A stretch of DNA of 60,000 nt, taken from Schmidtea polychroa (lineage: Eukaryota). A program made the position numbers and the translations under genes. The notes under the pieces are model-generated. The model made no database searches and was not told the origin of the DNA. It saw only the letters and a list, made by a program, of their open reading frames with translations. Location of the stretch: NCBI GenBank assembly GCA_044892525.1, contig CM097885.1, positions 1,800,001 through 1,860,000 on the forward strand. Reading direction: 5' to 3'. Positions within the stretch are counted from its first letter, which is position 1. Each line of letters begins with the position of its first letter. Positions 44,428-53,685 of the stretch are shown piece after piece.

Positions 44428-44806
44428 TTATTTCATTGACTTTAACCAAGCCAAACAATGTTGTCCACATGTTTTTGTTATAGGGTTTTGGTAACGTATT
44501 CGATTGTATTCAATCGGCATTGACATTGATTGTAGTTTATTGATTAATATAGGTGGATAATAGAATCCCATTGGATCAAATGCATATATTTTGTCTGGTT
44601 TCACGTATACTGCAAGCCAATGTTCACCATTCAGATTAGCAGATTGAGTATTTACAATTATTGCTTTGTTGACATCTAAATAAGGTATTTTGTCTAATGG
44701 GAAAACACCTAGAAATTCTTTTCCTAGTAATTTTCTTCCGATAACATGTATCTGAATAGAACTAAATTAATAATAATTAAATAATTTAAATTAATTCTTA
44801 CTTCAT
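44428..44806 (-). CDS. Adenain-like maturation cysteine protease, 112 aa (exons 44802-44806, 44428-44761)
   Basis: FLGVFPLD, IVNT...GEHW, FDPMG, Q......CGQHC; 40-nt GTAAG..TTTAG intron after ATGAA. Confidence 0.92.
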
Positions 44807-44840
44807 ATTTGATTAATTGATTTTCGATATTTGGTTTATA

Positions 44841-46064
44841 TTATACCAAAACAGTACGAGTAGATGTAATTTGAATTTCTTTTTCAAAAACTCCATATAC
44901 GATTACAGAAACAGCTTCAGTAAGTGAAGATGCGAATTTAATATCTAATCGCAAATTTCCACTTTGTGGTAACTGACTTTGATGAAGATCAAAATCTGGT
45001 GCCAATACGAATGTAAAGAATGGATACTTGCTCTTAAAATCAGACATGGTGATACCACAATTCATATTTTTATTTAGATAACCCATATTTCTAATAATCG
45101 ATTGCATATAACTTGTACTATAATCATCATTCTCAAAATCTTGACTATATTTTTCGCGATAATCACTTCCTTTACTTAAAGTTATGGACTTGACATTAAA
45201 GTGATCAAATAAAGAAAATGATTCTGAAAACGATCCACTAAATCTTTTACTAGATTGAAATGCAACAAGTATAAAATTAGGTAATCGTCTATCTCCAAAT
45301 ATTTGTTCTTTATAAAAAGAGGAAGAACCAATAGGTAATGAGAAATCAACAACTTCTTTGCTTCTTAAAGGATAAATTGCATTTTTGGTAGACAGACCAA
45401 TTTGATGTCCTGCCAAAACCGATGGTTCAACACGAACTCTTCTAACCATTAATTTTGCGTCTAATAATAAAATTTTCGGTTCAATTTTCGCACAAGTTAA
45501 ACTAAGTGTTGGATTTGATCTTGTTAATTTAATTTGAACACTAACACCTGGTAGTAAATATTTAGGTTGATCAAAGAAATCAAATTGAAGTGGGGAACAT
45601 AAAGAAAAGGATTTTGATTTTTCAATCCATGTTTTTCTCGTAAGATCTTTGTTAGTATACCCCATTCCACCTAAAGATGTTCGTTTAGTATCTCCGTCAT
45701 AATTTATAAGTGTTTCAATTAATGCTTTGTGGGCAAATCTATCATTTGATCCTTCAACTTTGATTGAATTAAAAATTAATTCAACATCTTTAAAAAGGGT
45801 TTGGAAGAAGAAATTATTTGGAATTACTTCTGATTCGCCTAAATTCTCACCTAAATTATTAACAACTTTCAATTGAATATATAACAAAGTATCATTCAAA
45901 TCTAAATATTCAGTCTGCGATCCATTTATGTAAAATTGAATCGAAGAAGAACCGGCATCTGTAATTGAATTTCTTGGGTATACATCTTCAAATGCTCCAT
46001 GTTCAATCACTGCTTGGGGAGAAGGTCTATCAAAAAGACATAATTCTGATTTAGCACTAATCAT
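44841..46064 (-). CDS. Major capsid protein (double jelly-roll, PY)
   Basis: KSELCLFD..PQ N-terminus, YLDL..T.LY..LKV, QPKYLLPGV, GNLRLDIKF typical of Polinton MCP. Confidence 0.92.
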   Translation of the reverse strand: MISAKSELCLFDRPSPQAVIEHGAFEDVYPRNSITDAGSSSIQFYINGSQTEYLDLNDTLLYIQLKVVNNLGENLGESEVIPNNFFFQTLFKDVELIFNSIKVEGSNDRFAHKALIETLINYDGDTKRTSLGGMGYTNKDLTRKTWIEKSKSFSLCSPLQFDFFDQPKYLLPGVSVQIKLTRSNPTLSLTCAKIEPKILLLDAKLMVRRVRVEPSVLAGHQIGLSTKNAIYPLRSKEVVDFSLPIGSSSFYKEQIFGDRRLPNFILVAFQSSKRFSGSFSESFSLFDHFNVKSITLSKGSDYREKYSQDFENDDYSTSYMQSIIRNMGYLNKNMNCGITMSDFKSKYPFFTFVLAPDFDLHQSQLPQSGNLRLDIKFASSLTEAVSVIVYGVFEKEIQITSTRTVLV

Positions 46065-46459
46065 TTTTCAAAGATGGTACCATATCCTTTCATTCTTTTG
46101 TTTATATGTTTCTTCATAATTTTTCGGCGTTTAAGTATTCCGCCTTTTTGTTCTTTATCATTTTTAAATACATCGGATACTTTATTAATTACTTCAGGTA
46201 AATGTTGCATCACAGCTGGTAATGATTCTTTAATTTCAGAAATTGCATTTGATTTTAAAGCAGGCAAGATATTTGCATTGTTATTTATTACGTCATTAGC
46301 TGTTTTCATACCAAAATTTCCTATTCGTCTAAGAATTGGGAGTGCAAATCTACCTATTGTCTTCAACCAACCGGTTCCATATTGTTTACCAACAAAATAT
46401 GGTAAATCACCACCCGATTGGTTACTACTATAAAAATGTATTATGTCAGGATTACTCAT
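46061..46459 (-). CDS. PW-like virion core / putative membrane-active protein
   Basis: NQSGG, QYGTG, QKGG, MKGYG putative adenain-type sites; amphipathic GWLKTIGRFALPILRRIG. Confidence 0.75.
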   Translation of the reverse strand: MSNPDIIHFYSSNQSGGDLPYFVGKQYGTGWLKTIGRFALPILRRIGNFGMKTANDVINNNANILPALKSNAISEIKESLPAVMQHLPEVINKVSDVFKNDKEQKGGILKRRKIMKKHINKRMKGYGTIFEK

Positions 46460-47468
46460 TTATTTTACGAAAATGTAATGTCAAGTATGTTTTATCTTCT
46501 TTTCCAAATATATATTTTCCACTATCATCTCGTATATTGATTTCTATATTGTTTATATATGAAGACGATACAGGTAAGTACATTGGATTCTTTTCAATTA
46601 TTTGTACTAAATCATCTTTTTTATGTTTTTCCACCCAAATACATTTCAAAAGAGGGACCAATGTATCACCAACAATAATAGGTTCGATAATATTTGTATA
46701 GATCATCAATTGTTGATTGCGTTGTAATACTTCAGGTTCTTTAAAACCAATAATAAGTTTGTCAGTATATGCTTCTTCTAATAATCCTAAACTATTGGCT
46801 AAAAATTTACTAAATTGAACTTTACTGACATCATCATCCATTACAATTTTAACGATTTTTCCTTTTTGAATATCAACAGATTTAAATGGACGAGGATAAA
46901 AGAGTGATAGTTGATCATTTATTTGTGAAAGATCTGTAATGATATTTTCTTCGAATGTATCTGTATACTCGACATCGTAATAATATTGTATAGTTAGTCG
47001 AATTGTATCAAACTTTATTTTTCGATTATTTGGAGGAATAGTGATTTGGTTCAAGGCTTTTTTAAAAGTTATTTCTTTTTCTGAAAATCCCAATTTCTGC
47101 GCTTCTTTAATACTATCGAATTCTACTTTAAAAGGAAAATATTTACAATTAATGTTCAATGTATTTCCATCAATATATATTAAATAAAATGGAGAGTCGT
47201 GACTGATTGTATATTCATTTTTTTCTTGGTTAAAGTAAAAGTATTCATAACTTGTATGTAATACACTTTTACTATATTTGACATTTGAATTACTGTAAAA
47301 AGGAAAATAATTATACACAAAGGTAAAGTCCATGAGAGCTACTTCCCATTCACCATCCAAGTAAATAGGATTTTGAAATTCGACATTAAATTTACCAGCT
47401 TCATTATTTGGATGAGTCTGAGGACAACTATTAGAAGGTAAATTCACATAAAAATCTTTTTTAATCAT
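46452..47468 (-). CDS. Minor capsid (penton, PX) paralog 2
   Basis: FYVNLPSNS...P.N....F...F..PIYLDGEWEVAL; IYTNIIEP..VGD..VPLL; IEINIRDDSG..LHFR. Confidence 0.9.
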   Translation of the reverse strand: MIKKDFYVNLPSNSCPQTHPNNEAGKFNVEFQNPIYLDGEWEVALMDFTFVYNYFPFYSNSNVKYSKSVLHTSYEYFYFNQEKNEYTISHDSPFYLIYIDGNTLNINCKYFPFKVEFDSIKEAQKLGFSEKEITFKKALNQITIPPNNRKIKFDTIRLTIQYYYDVEYTDTFEENIITDLSQINDQLSLFYPRPFKSVDIQKGKIVKIVMDDDVSKVQFSKFLANSLGLLEEAYTDKLIIGFKEPEVLQRNQQLMIYTNIIEPIIVGDTLVPLLKCIWVEKHKKDDLVQIIEKNPMYLPVSSSYINNIEINIRDDSGKYIFGKEDKTYLTLHFRKINE

Positions 47469-48486
47469 TTATTTTACGAAAATGTAATGTCAAGTGTGTT
47501 TTTGTATCTCTACTAAATTTTATTAATTTTCCACTATCATCTCGTATATTGATTTCAATGTTGTTTATAGAAGAATTAGAAATTGGTAGATACATTGGAT
47601 TCTTCATTTCTAGTTGCACAATTTCTCCTTGTTCATATTTTTTTATCCAAATAGATTTCAATAACGGAACTCTTACATCTCCAACAGTCAATGGTTCGAT
47701 AATATTTGAGTAAATAAACATTTGTTGATGATGATTAAATAACTTTGGAATTTTTGTTCCAATAATTTCTTTCTCTGTAAATGTTTGTTTCTTTAATCCC
47801 AATGTTTTTGTTAAATTTTTATCAAAGGTTATTGATGAAATGTTATCAGCAAGACTTATTTTAACCAATTCATTATTTTGTATTTTTAAATCTTTAAAGG
47901 GAGACGGATTAATTGTCATTAACTGACCATGTATTTCAGATAAAGTATTGATGTATAGTTCATCTTCGAAATAATGTTCAAATTTTGTTTTTTCAACAAC
48001 ACTTATAATTATACCAAATTGATCAATTGTTTTATCTTCTGTAAATTTTGGTAATTTAATTCGCAAATGATCACTATCACTAATAACCGATACTGATTTT
48101 AATCCAAATTTAATAGCATGTTCAAAATCTGGAAACGTTATTTTAAATGGAACATGTGGACAAACAACAACCAAATTCTCATATCTTTCAATGAACATGT
48201 CAACTTCAGGAGTATTTTTAGGATTTATTACTTCAAAGGTTCGATTTGAATTATTTATTCTAAAATATTTAATTTCTTCATCCATCTTTACTTTTTCATA
48301 TTGTATCAATGAATTACTGTAATAAGGAAAAGTATTATACACAAAGGTAAAGTCCATGAGAGCTACTTCCCATTCACCATCCAAGTAAATAGGATTTTGA
48401 AATTCGACATTAAATTTACTAGCTTCATTATCGGGGAAAATAAGAGGACAACTATTAGAAGGTAAAATAATATAAAAATCTTTCAT
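47461..48486 (-). CDS. Minor capsid (penton, PX) paralog 1
   Basis: Same N- and C-terminal motifs as the adjacent paralog. Confidence 0.9.
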   Translation of the reverse strand: MKDFYIILPSNSCPLIFPDNEASKFNVEFQNPIYLDGEWEVALMDFTFVYNTFPYYSNSLIQYEKVKMDEEIKYFRINNSNRTFEVINPKNTPEVDMFIERYENLVVVCPHVPFKITFPDFEHAIKFGLKSVSVISDSDHLRIKLPKFTEDKTIDQFGIIISVVEKTKFEHYFEDELYINTLSEIHGQLMTINPSPFKDLKIQNNELVKISLADNISSITFDKNLTKTLGLKKQTFTEKEIIGTKIPKLFNHHQQMFIYSNIIEPLTVGDVRVPLLKSIWIKKYEQGEIVQLEMKNPMYLPISNSSINNIEINIRDDSGKLIKFSRDTKTHLTLHFRKIND

Positions 48487-48491
48487 AATAT

Positions 48492-49640
48492 TTATTTAAT
48501 CAATTGATTTTCAGATATCCAAGATGGAGTTTCATATCCATGCCATTTAACATAGTATTGTTTATATTTACCATCTTTTTTGGTTTTTAAAATCTTTTGA
48601 ATTCTAAATATTGTAGGAGCAGGAATTACTTGGAGTTCTTGTTCATAGAATTTACCAGTGATTGGTTTGTTTTCATGATCAACTATCACATACATGACAG
48701 GATTCTGTTTTGTATCGATTTTAAAAATTTGATATACTTCATCACTCCAATTATTATCAAAGTTTTTGATGAATGGTGAAGAATTGATTTTACTAATTCT
48801 TACATGATCACCAACCTTGTATTTCGGTTTATTGATTTTTTCTGACTTTGTTTGATTTTTAGTAAAATCTGCAGGTGTTTGTCCTTTTAATCCTCTGTGT
48901 GGTGAATGATTGTAACTGAAAATAATTTTTGGCAAAACATTTATCCAAGTTTTATTACCTTGATATACAAAATATTTTTTCAAGCGTTCTCTTAAAGTTC
49001 GATTAAATCGTTCTACGTGAGCAGCTTTGAACTGAGAAAATACCGAGTAATGGTTTATTCCTTTGATAACCTCTTTAACTTTGCTGTTATAAAATTCTTT
49101 ACCTAAATCATATATTTAAAAATTAATTAATTAAATTTAATTACCTAAATCCGTTTGTAAATTAATAGGTTTACCATCTGCAAACATTTCTTTTATCGCA
49201 TCAGCCATTTCATTTGCAGATTTAGTTTTTGTAGGAACAGCACGAGCATATCTATTAAAAACATCTATACAAGTCAGAATATATTTGTACCCCTTGTTAA
49301 TTTTTGAATAAGGTATCATTTCCATCAAATCCATTTGCCATACATCATTGTTTCCAATTGTTTTGTATGGTCTTGTTGGAAAACGTTTCAACATTGGTTT
49401 ATTTAAACTATATGCTAATTGATTAGATAACCATTTCTGAGTTTCTTTCTTTGAATTATTCACTCGTTTTGTTAATTTTTCTACGCCACCAAAACCATCT
49501 GGATCTTTTGGGTTTGTCCATATGGTTTTTAACTTTTTCTCTATTGTTTTCACTTTTTTCACTTTTGTTTTCACATTTGTTTTCACTTTTGTTTTCATTT
49601 TTTCCACTTTTGTGTTGGTTTTGTGATACGTTTCCTTCAT
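48492..49640 (-). CDS. int: Retroviral-like (rve) integrase with C-terminal chromodomain; exons 49145-49640, 48492-49102
   Basis: Removing the 42-nt intron gives WQMDL...QTDLGKEFYN...HVERFNRTL (intact DDE); YYVKWHGY..PSW chromodomain. Confidence 0.95.
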
Positions 49641-49709
49641 TATTACAACAAGTTGTCAAAATATTAAAATCTACAATATTTTTATTTGGTAATGAACTCT
49701 TGATACCCA

Positions 49710-50036
49710 TTAAGAACTTAATGATGAGATTGCACTAATTGCAGATAAGACTATAGGAATTAGTGCACCCAAGAACCCTCCTTTTTGTTTATATATTATC
49801 TTTCTCATTAGACGACGATTTTTTGTATCAACTAGAGATAAAAGTGATCTTTTATGTCTTTGCAATACTAATCTTTTAGCTTTAGTTATATTTACATTAC
49901 CGCGGACAACATTTATAATAACTTCAAGTAAATCATCAATAACAAATGATGGAAAAGACTGTAAAATTGATATTCGTTTCGAATTTGGTGCCTTTATTAA
50001 AGCATTAAAATATGGTAAGCTCCGTTCAAATTTCAT
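49710..50036 (-). CDS. Basic core protein with adenovirus pX-like C-terminus, 108 aa
   Basis: QKGG|FLGALIPIVLSAISAISS resembles pX GGFLPLLIP; first ATG at 50036. Confidence 0.75.
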   Translation of the reverse strand: MKFERSLPYFNALIKAPNSKRISILQSFPSFVIDDLLEVIINVVRGNVNITKAKRLVLQRHKRSLLSLVDTKNRRLMRKIIYKQKGGFLGALIPIVLSAISAISSLSS

Positions 50037-50065
50037 TATTATTATTAATTTACGCGACGGTTTGT

Positions 50066-50218
50066 TTATAATTTGATCCACTTCTTGATTTGTTTCTTAG
50101 TTTTTGTAGTTTTTGTACCTTTTGATCCACTTTTTGTTTTCTTTGTACGTTTTGTTTTCTTGGTAATTTTCTTCGAAACAATTGGAAGATTTTTAACAAC
50201 TACTTTTTTAAATGACAT
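50066..50218 (-). CDS. Unannotated 50-aa very basic (Lys/Thr-rich) protein
   Basis: MSFKKVVVKNLPIVSKKITKKTKRTKKTKSGSKGTKTTKTKKQIKKWIKL fills the gap between the ATPase and pX-like genes. Confidence 0.65.
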   Translation of the reverse strand: MSFKKVVVKNLPIVSKKITKKTKRTKKTKSGSKGTKTTKTKKQIKKWIKL

Positions 50219-50237
50219 GATTAATTTTATTTAGTTT

Positions 50238-50861
50238 TTAGTTTTGTTTATAAATCGTAACACCGTTTATATTAAAAATATCAGTTCTAATACGCATATC
50301 ATCTGGACATTGTTGTGTAAAATCAAAAAATAAATATCCATGAGGAATTTTTGTTGCATCTTGGAATGAATCAATCAAAAATTTTCTATTATTTGGATAA
50401 GCTTGTCTTGCAAGAAAATCTATTATTGTTTGATCTCTAGGATTTTTGAAAATAATTAAATATTGGACATTTAAATTACGTGTTCTATGACTTCCACCTT
50501 GATGAAAAAGATTTTGTGTAATGAAAATAACTGTAACTCCACAATGTCTACTGATTTTTGTAAATAAATTATTAAAATCTTTTTCTTTATTTGCTTCCTG
50601 GTACAGATCATCGATAATAATAACATCACCTTGACGTAATCTAGATGACCAATTTTTATCAAATCCTTTAATTATTGTCATTTTTAATTTACAGAAACTG
50701 TTTTGAGTCAATCCATGTTCTTCATCTGCACCTCGATGCCAATATATTTTATTAAATTTAGATTTAAACATGTTTGATTGTAATAAATTACATACAAATA
50801 AAGTTTTCCCGCTTCCACTAGGTCCAACTATTTGATATACTGCGTCATTTCTTAATTCCAT
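50238..50861 (-). CDS. FtsK/A32-like genome packaging ATPase
   Basis: Walker A GPSGSGKT, Walker B VIIIDD, SRH, ITQNLF, FKNPRD. Confidence 0.95.
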   Translation of the reverse strand: MELRNDAVYQIVGPSGSGKTLFVCNLLQSNMFKSKFNKIYWHRGADEEHGLTQNSFCKLKMTIIKGFDKNWSSRLRQGDVIIIDDLYQEANKEKDFNNLFTKISRHCGVTVIFITQNLFHQGGSHRTRNLNVQYLIIFKNPRDQTIIDFLARQAYPNNRKFLIDSFQDATKIPHGYLFFDFTQQCPDDMRIRTDIFNINGVTIYKQN

Positions 50862-50911
50862 TTTTTAATTAAATTATTTTATTTAATTTGTTTATAATTA
50901 CAATAATTAGA

Positions 50912-51388
50912 ATGATCAGCAACATTAATTATAGAGGAAGATGTGTAGTTAATGGAATGAAGTTTCCATCAGGAAAACCTCAACATGTCGTGGACAGAAG
51001 TGGAAAATATCCAATTTTATTCTTCAAGAGCGGGAAATGTAGGATAATGGGATGTAAGAAACCATTACAGGAAGGCGATCTCAAATATCAGATTCAAGAT
51101 TTACAAATCCAATCAATTACATTAACGCTAGATATGGGTACATGCATTGATTTAAATGCATTGTCAAGGAAAACCGATAGTTACTACGAGCCTGAAATAT
51201 TTCCAGCTTTACGTATTCTCAAGTATAACCCCCTATGTGTAAATGTTTTTTCAAGTGGGAAAGTTGTTATATTAGGGATTAAAACATTTGATTATTTTAA
51301 TCAAATTCAAGAAATTCAGAAATTCATTAAATCATTAACTATAAATATCACAACAAATGAAGAAATATTGGAATATTTATTAAGTTAA
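50912..51388 (+). CDS. TATA-box-binding protein (TBP)-like protein, 158 aa
   Basis: DLQIQSI...IDLNAL...YEPEIFPAL...VNVFSSGKVVILG matches TBP repeat 2; ISNI and ILFFKSGKCRIMG match a shortened repeat 1. Confidence 0.85.
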   Translation: MISNINYRGRCVVNGMKFPSGKPQHVVDRSGKYPILFFKSGKCRIMGCKKPLQEGDLKYQIQDLQIQSITLTLDMGTCIDLNALSRKTDSYYEPEIFPALRILKYNPLCVNVFSSGKVVILGIKTFDYFNQIQEIQKFIKSLTINITTNEEILEYLLS

Positions 51389-51451
51389 TTAAATTAATTT
51401 AATTAATTGTGTTTAAATTAACTGAATATCTACAATAACAAAAATTCAAAA

Positions 51452-51799
51452 ATGGATGACGATAAGCAAGCTTACATATTCCAGACTATATTAACGAAGA
51501 TGGAAGAATTGTTCCCGAATATAAAGAACAGACTTTCATATTGTGCTCCGGAATTATTAGCTTATAGAATCAAGCAATTAACTGGGATCAATATAGAAGA
51601 ACTTATACGAAGACATTTCGAATCTGTACAAGAATCAAGATTTAAATGCATAGACGATTGTGAAGTATGTATGGATCCGATGAAATTACCATGTCCGTTT
51701 AGATGTAGATGCTGCCAAGAATATAAGATGAAAGAAGTTGTTCATATTTTACTAGCAGAATTAAGAAGAGCTTATTACAAGCAAATATTGGATGAATAA
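51452..51799 (+). CDS. Hypothetical Cys-rich protein, 115 aa
   Basis: AAAAATG start, CIDDCEVC...CPFRCRCC cluster, stop within AATAAA. Confidence 0.7.
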   Translation: MDDDKQAYIFQTILTKMEELFPNIKNRLSYCAPELLAYRIKQLTGINIEELIRRHFESVQESRFKCIDDCEVCMDPMKLPCPFRCRCCQEYKMKEVVHILLAELRRAYYKQILDE

Positions 51800-51871
51800 A
51801 TTTTATATCTTTACATTTGTTAATTGTTCGTGTTTTATGTGTCTAGTTCATTTTTATGTATTTGGTTGATA

Positions 51872-51912
<41 letters not shown>

Positions 51913-53479
51913 TTTCGTTAAAATTTTCATTAAAAGTTATCTTAAAAATTTCCATCTAAAATTATCATTGAAAAATATTTCATAAAAATTTCCATTAAAA
52001 ATTACCTAAAAAATATTTCATAAAAATTTCCATTAAAAATTACTTAAAAAAATATTTCATAAAAATTTCCATTAAAAATTACTTAAAAAAATATTTCATA
52101 AAAATTTCCATTAAAAAATTTCAATTCTCAAACACCTTCAACTTTTTGTTAATAAATTTTAAAATCTTACTTTAATTTACTTATTACATTACTTTAATTT
52201 ACTTATTTAAAAATTATTACTTTAATTTACTTATTTAAAAATTATTACTTATTTAAAATTTTTTACCATTGATTACTTAATTTTAAATTTAGACCTTAAT
52301 TAACTTTAATTTAATTTTTTAGAACCTTAATTTACTTTAATTTAATTTTTAGAACCATTATTTACTGTAATTGAAAAATTTGAGCCATAATTAACTTTAA
52401 TTTAATTTTTAGAACCATTATTTACTTTAATTGAAAAATCTGGACCATAATTTACTGTAATTTAATATTTTAGAACCATAATTTACTTTAATTTAATTTT
52501 TAGAACCATTATTTACTTTAATTGAAAAATTTGGACCATAATTTACTGTAATTTAATATTTTAGAACCATAATTTACTTTAATTTAATTTTTAGAACCAT
52601 TATTTACTTTAATTAAAAAATTTGAGCCATAATTAACTTTAATTTAATTTTTAGAACCATAATTACCTTATTTGAAAAATTTGAGCCATAATTAACTTTA
52701 ATTTAATTTTTAGAACCATTATTTACTTTAATTGAAAAATTTGGACCGTAATTTACTGTAATTGAAAAATTTACCACGTTTTTTAGTGTAGACCACCTAT
52801 TTCTCAGGACCAAGGAGACTCACCTCACTATAGCGTGATAAATCCTTGGCTTTTTTATTGATAGTAGGATTTTTGTATAGAAAAAAATTTTTCGTATTGA
52901 AAATCCCAGGACCAAGGAGACTCACCTCACTATAGTGTGAATAATCCTTGGCTTTTTTAGTGGTAGTCGGATTTTTGTATTGAAAAAAAATTTTTGTATT
53001 GAAAATCCCAGGACCATCGAGACCCCCTCACTATAGTGTGAATAATCCTTGGCTTTTTTAGTGGTAGTCGGATTTTTGTATTGAAAAAAATTTTTTGTAT
53101 TGAAAATCCCAGGACCATCGAGACCCCCTCACTATAGTCTGAAAATTCCTTGGCTTTTTTAGTGGTAGTCGGATTTTTGTATAGAAAAAATTTTTTGTAT
53201 TGAAAATCCCAGGACCATCGAGACCCCCTCACTATAGTGTGAATAATCCTTGACTTTTTTATTGATAGTCGGATTTTTGTATAGAAAAATTTAATTTGTA
53301 TTGAAAATCCCAGGACCATCAAGACCCCCTCACTATAGTGTGATAAAAAAAAATTTGGACCAAAAATCCCTGAAAGCAAAAAATGAGTTGGGAACAATTG
53401 CGTAATAAAAATTTGGGAACAAACCCCCCCCCCCCGGGGGGGGGGGGTAATTGTTCCCGTAGGCCACTATCTACCTACT
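51793..53479 (-). repeat. Right TIR (1687 bp)
   Basis: Reverse complement of left TIR, with fewer 30-bp units. Confidence 0.95.
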
Positions 53480-53574
53480 TTAGTTAGTACGTGGTATCAT
53501 GTTGTAAGTATTTGTTAGCACCTAGTTAAAAAATAATCAGTAACCGATTGTTGGTAACTGTTGAATTATTATTA

Positions 53575-53685
<111 letters not shown>

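Larger units (their letters stand above)
36403..53479 (-). mobile_element. Complete Polinton/Maverick endogenous DNA virus, 17,077 bp
   Basis: 5'-AG...CT-3' ends; 6-bp TSD TTAGTT (36397-36402, 53480-53485); long TIRs; pPolB, INT, ATPase, PRO, MCP, mCP all present. Confidence 0.97.

Noticed and set aside
48492..49640. Integrase as a broken pseudogene; protease apparently absent
   Set aside because: Canonical short GT-AG introns restore both proteins with intact catalytic residues
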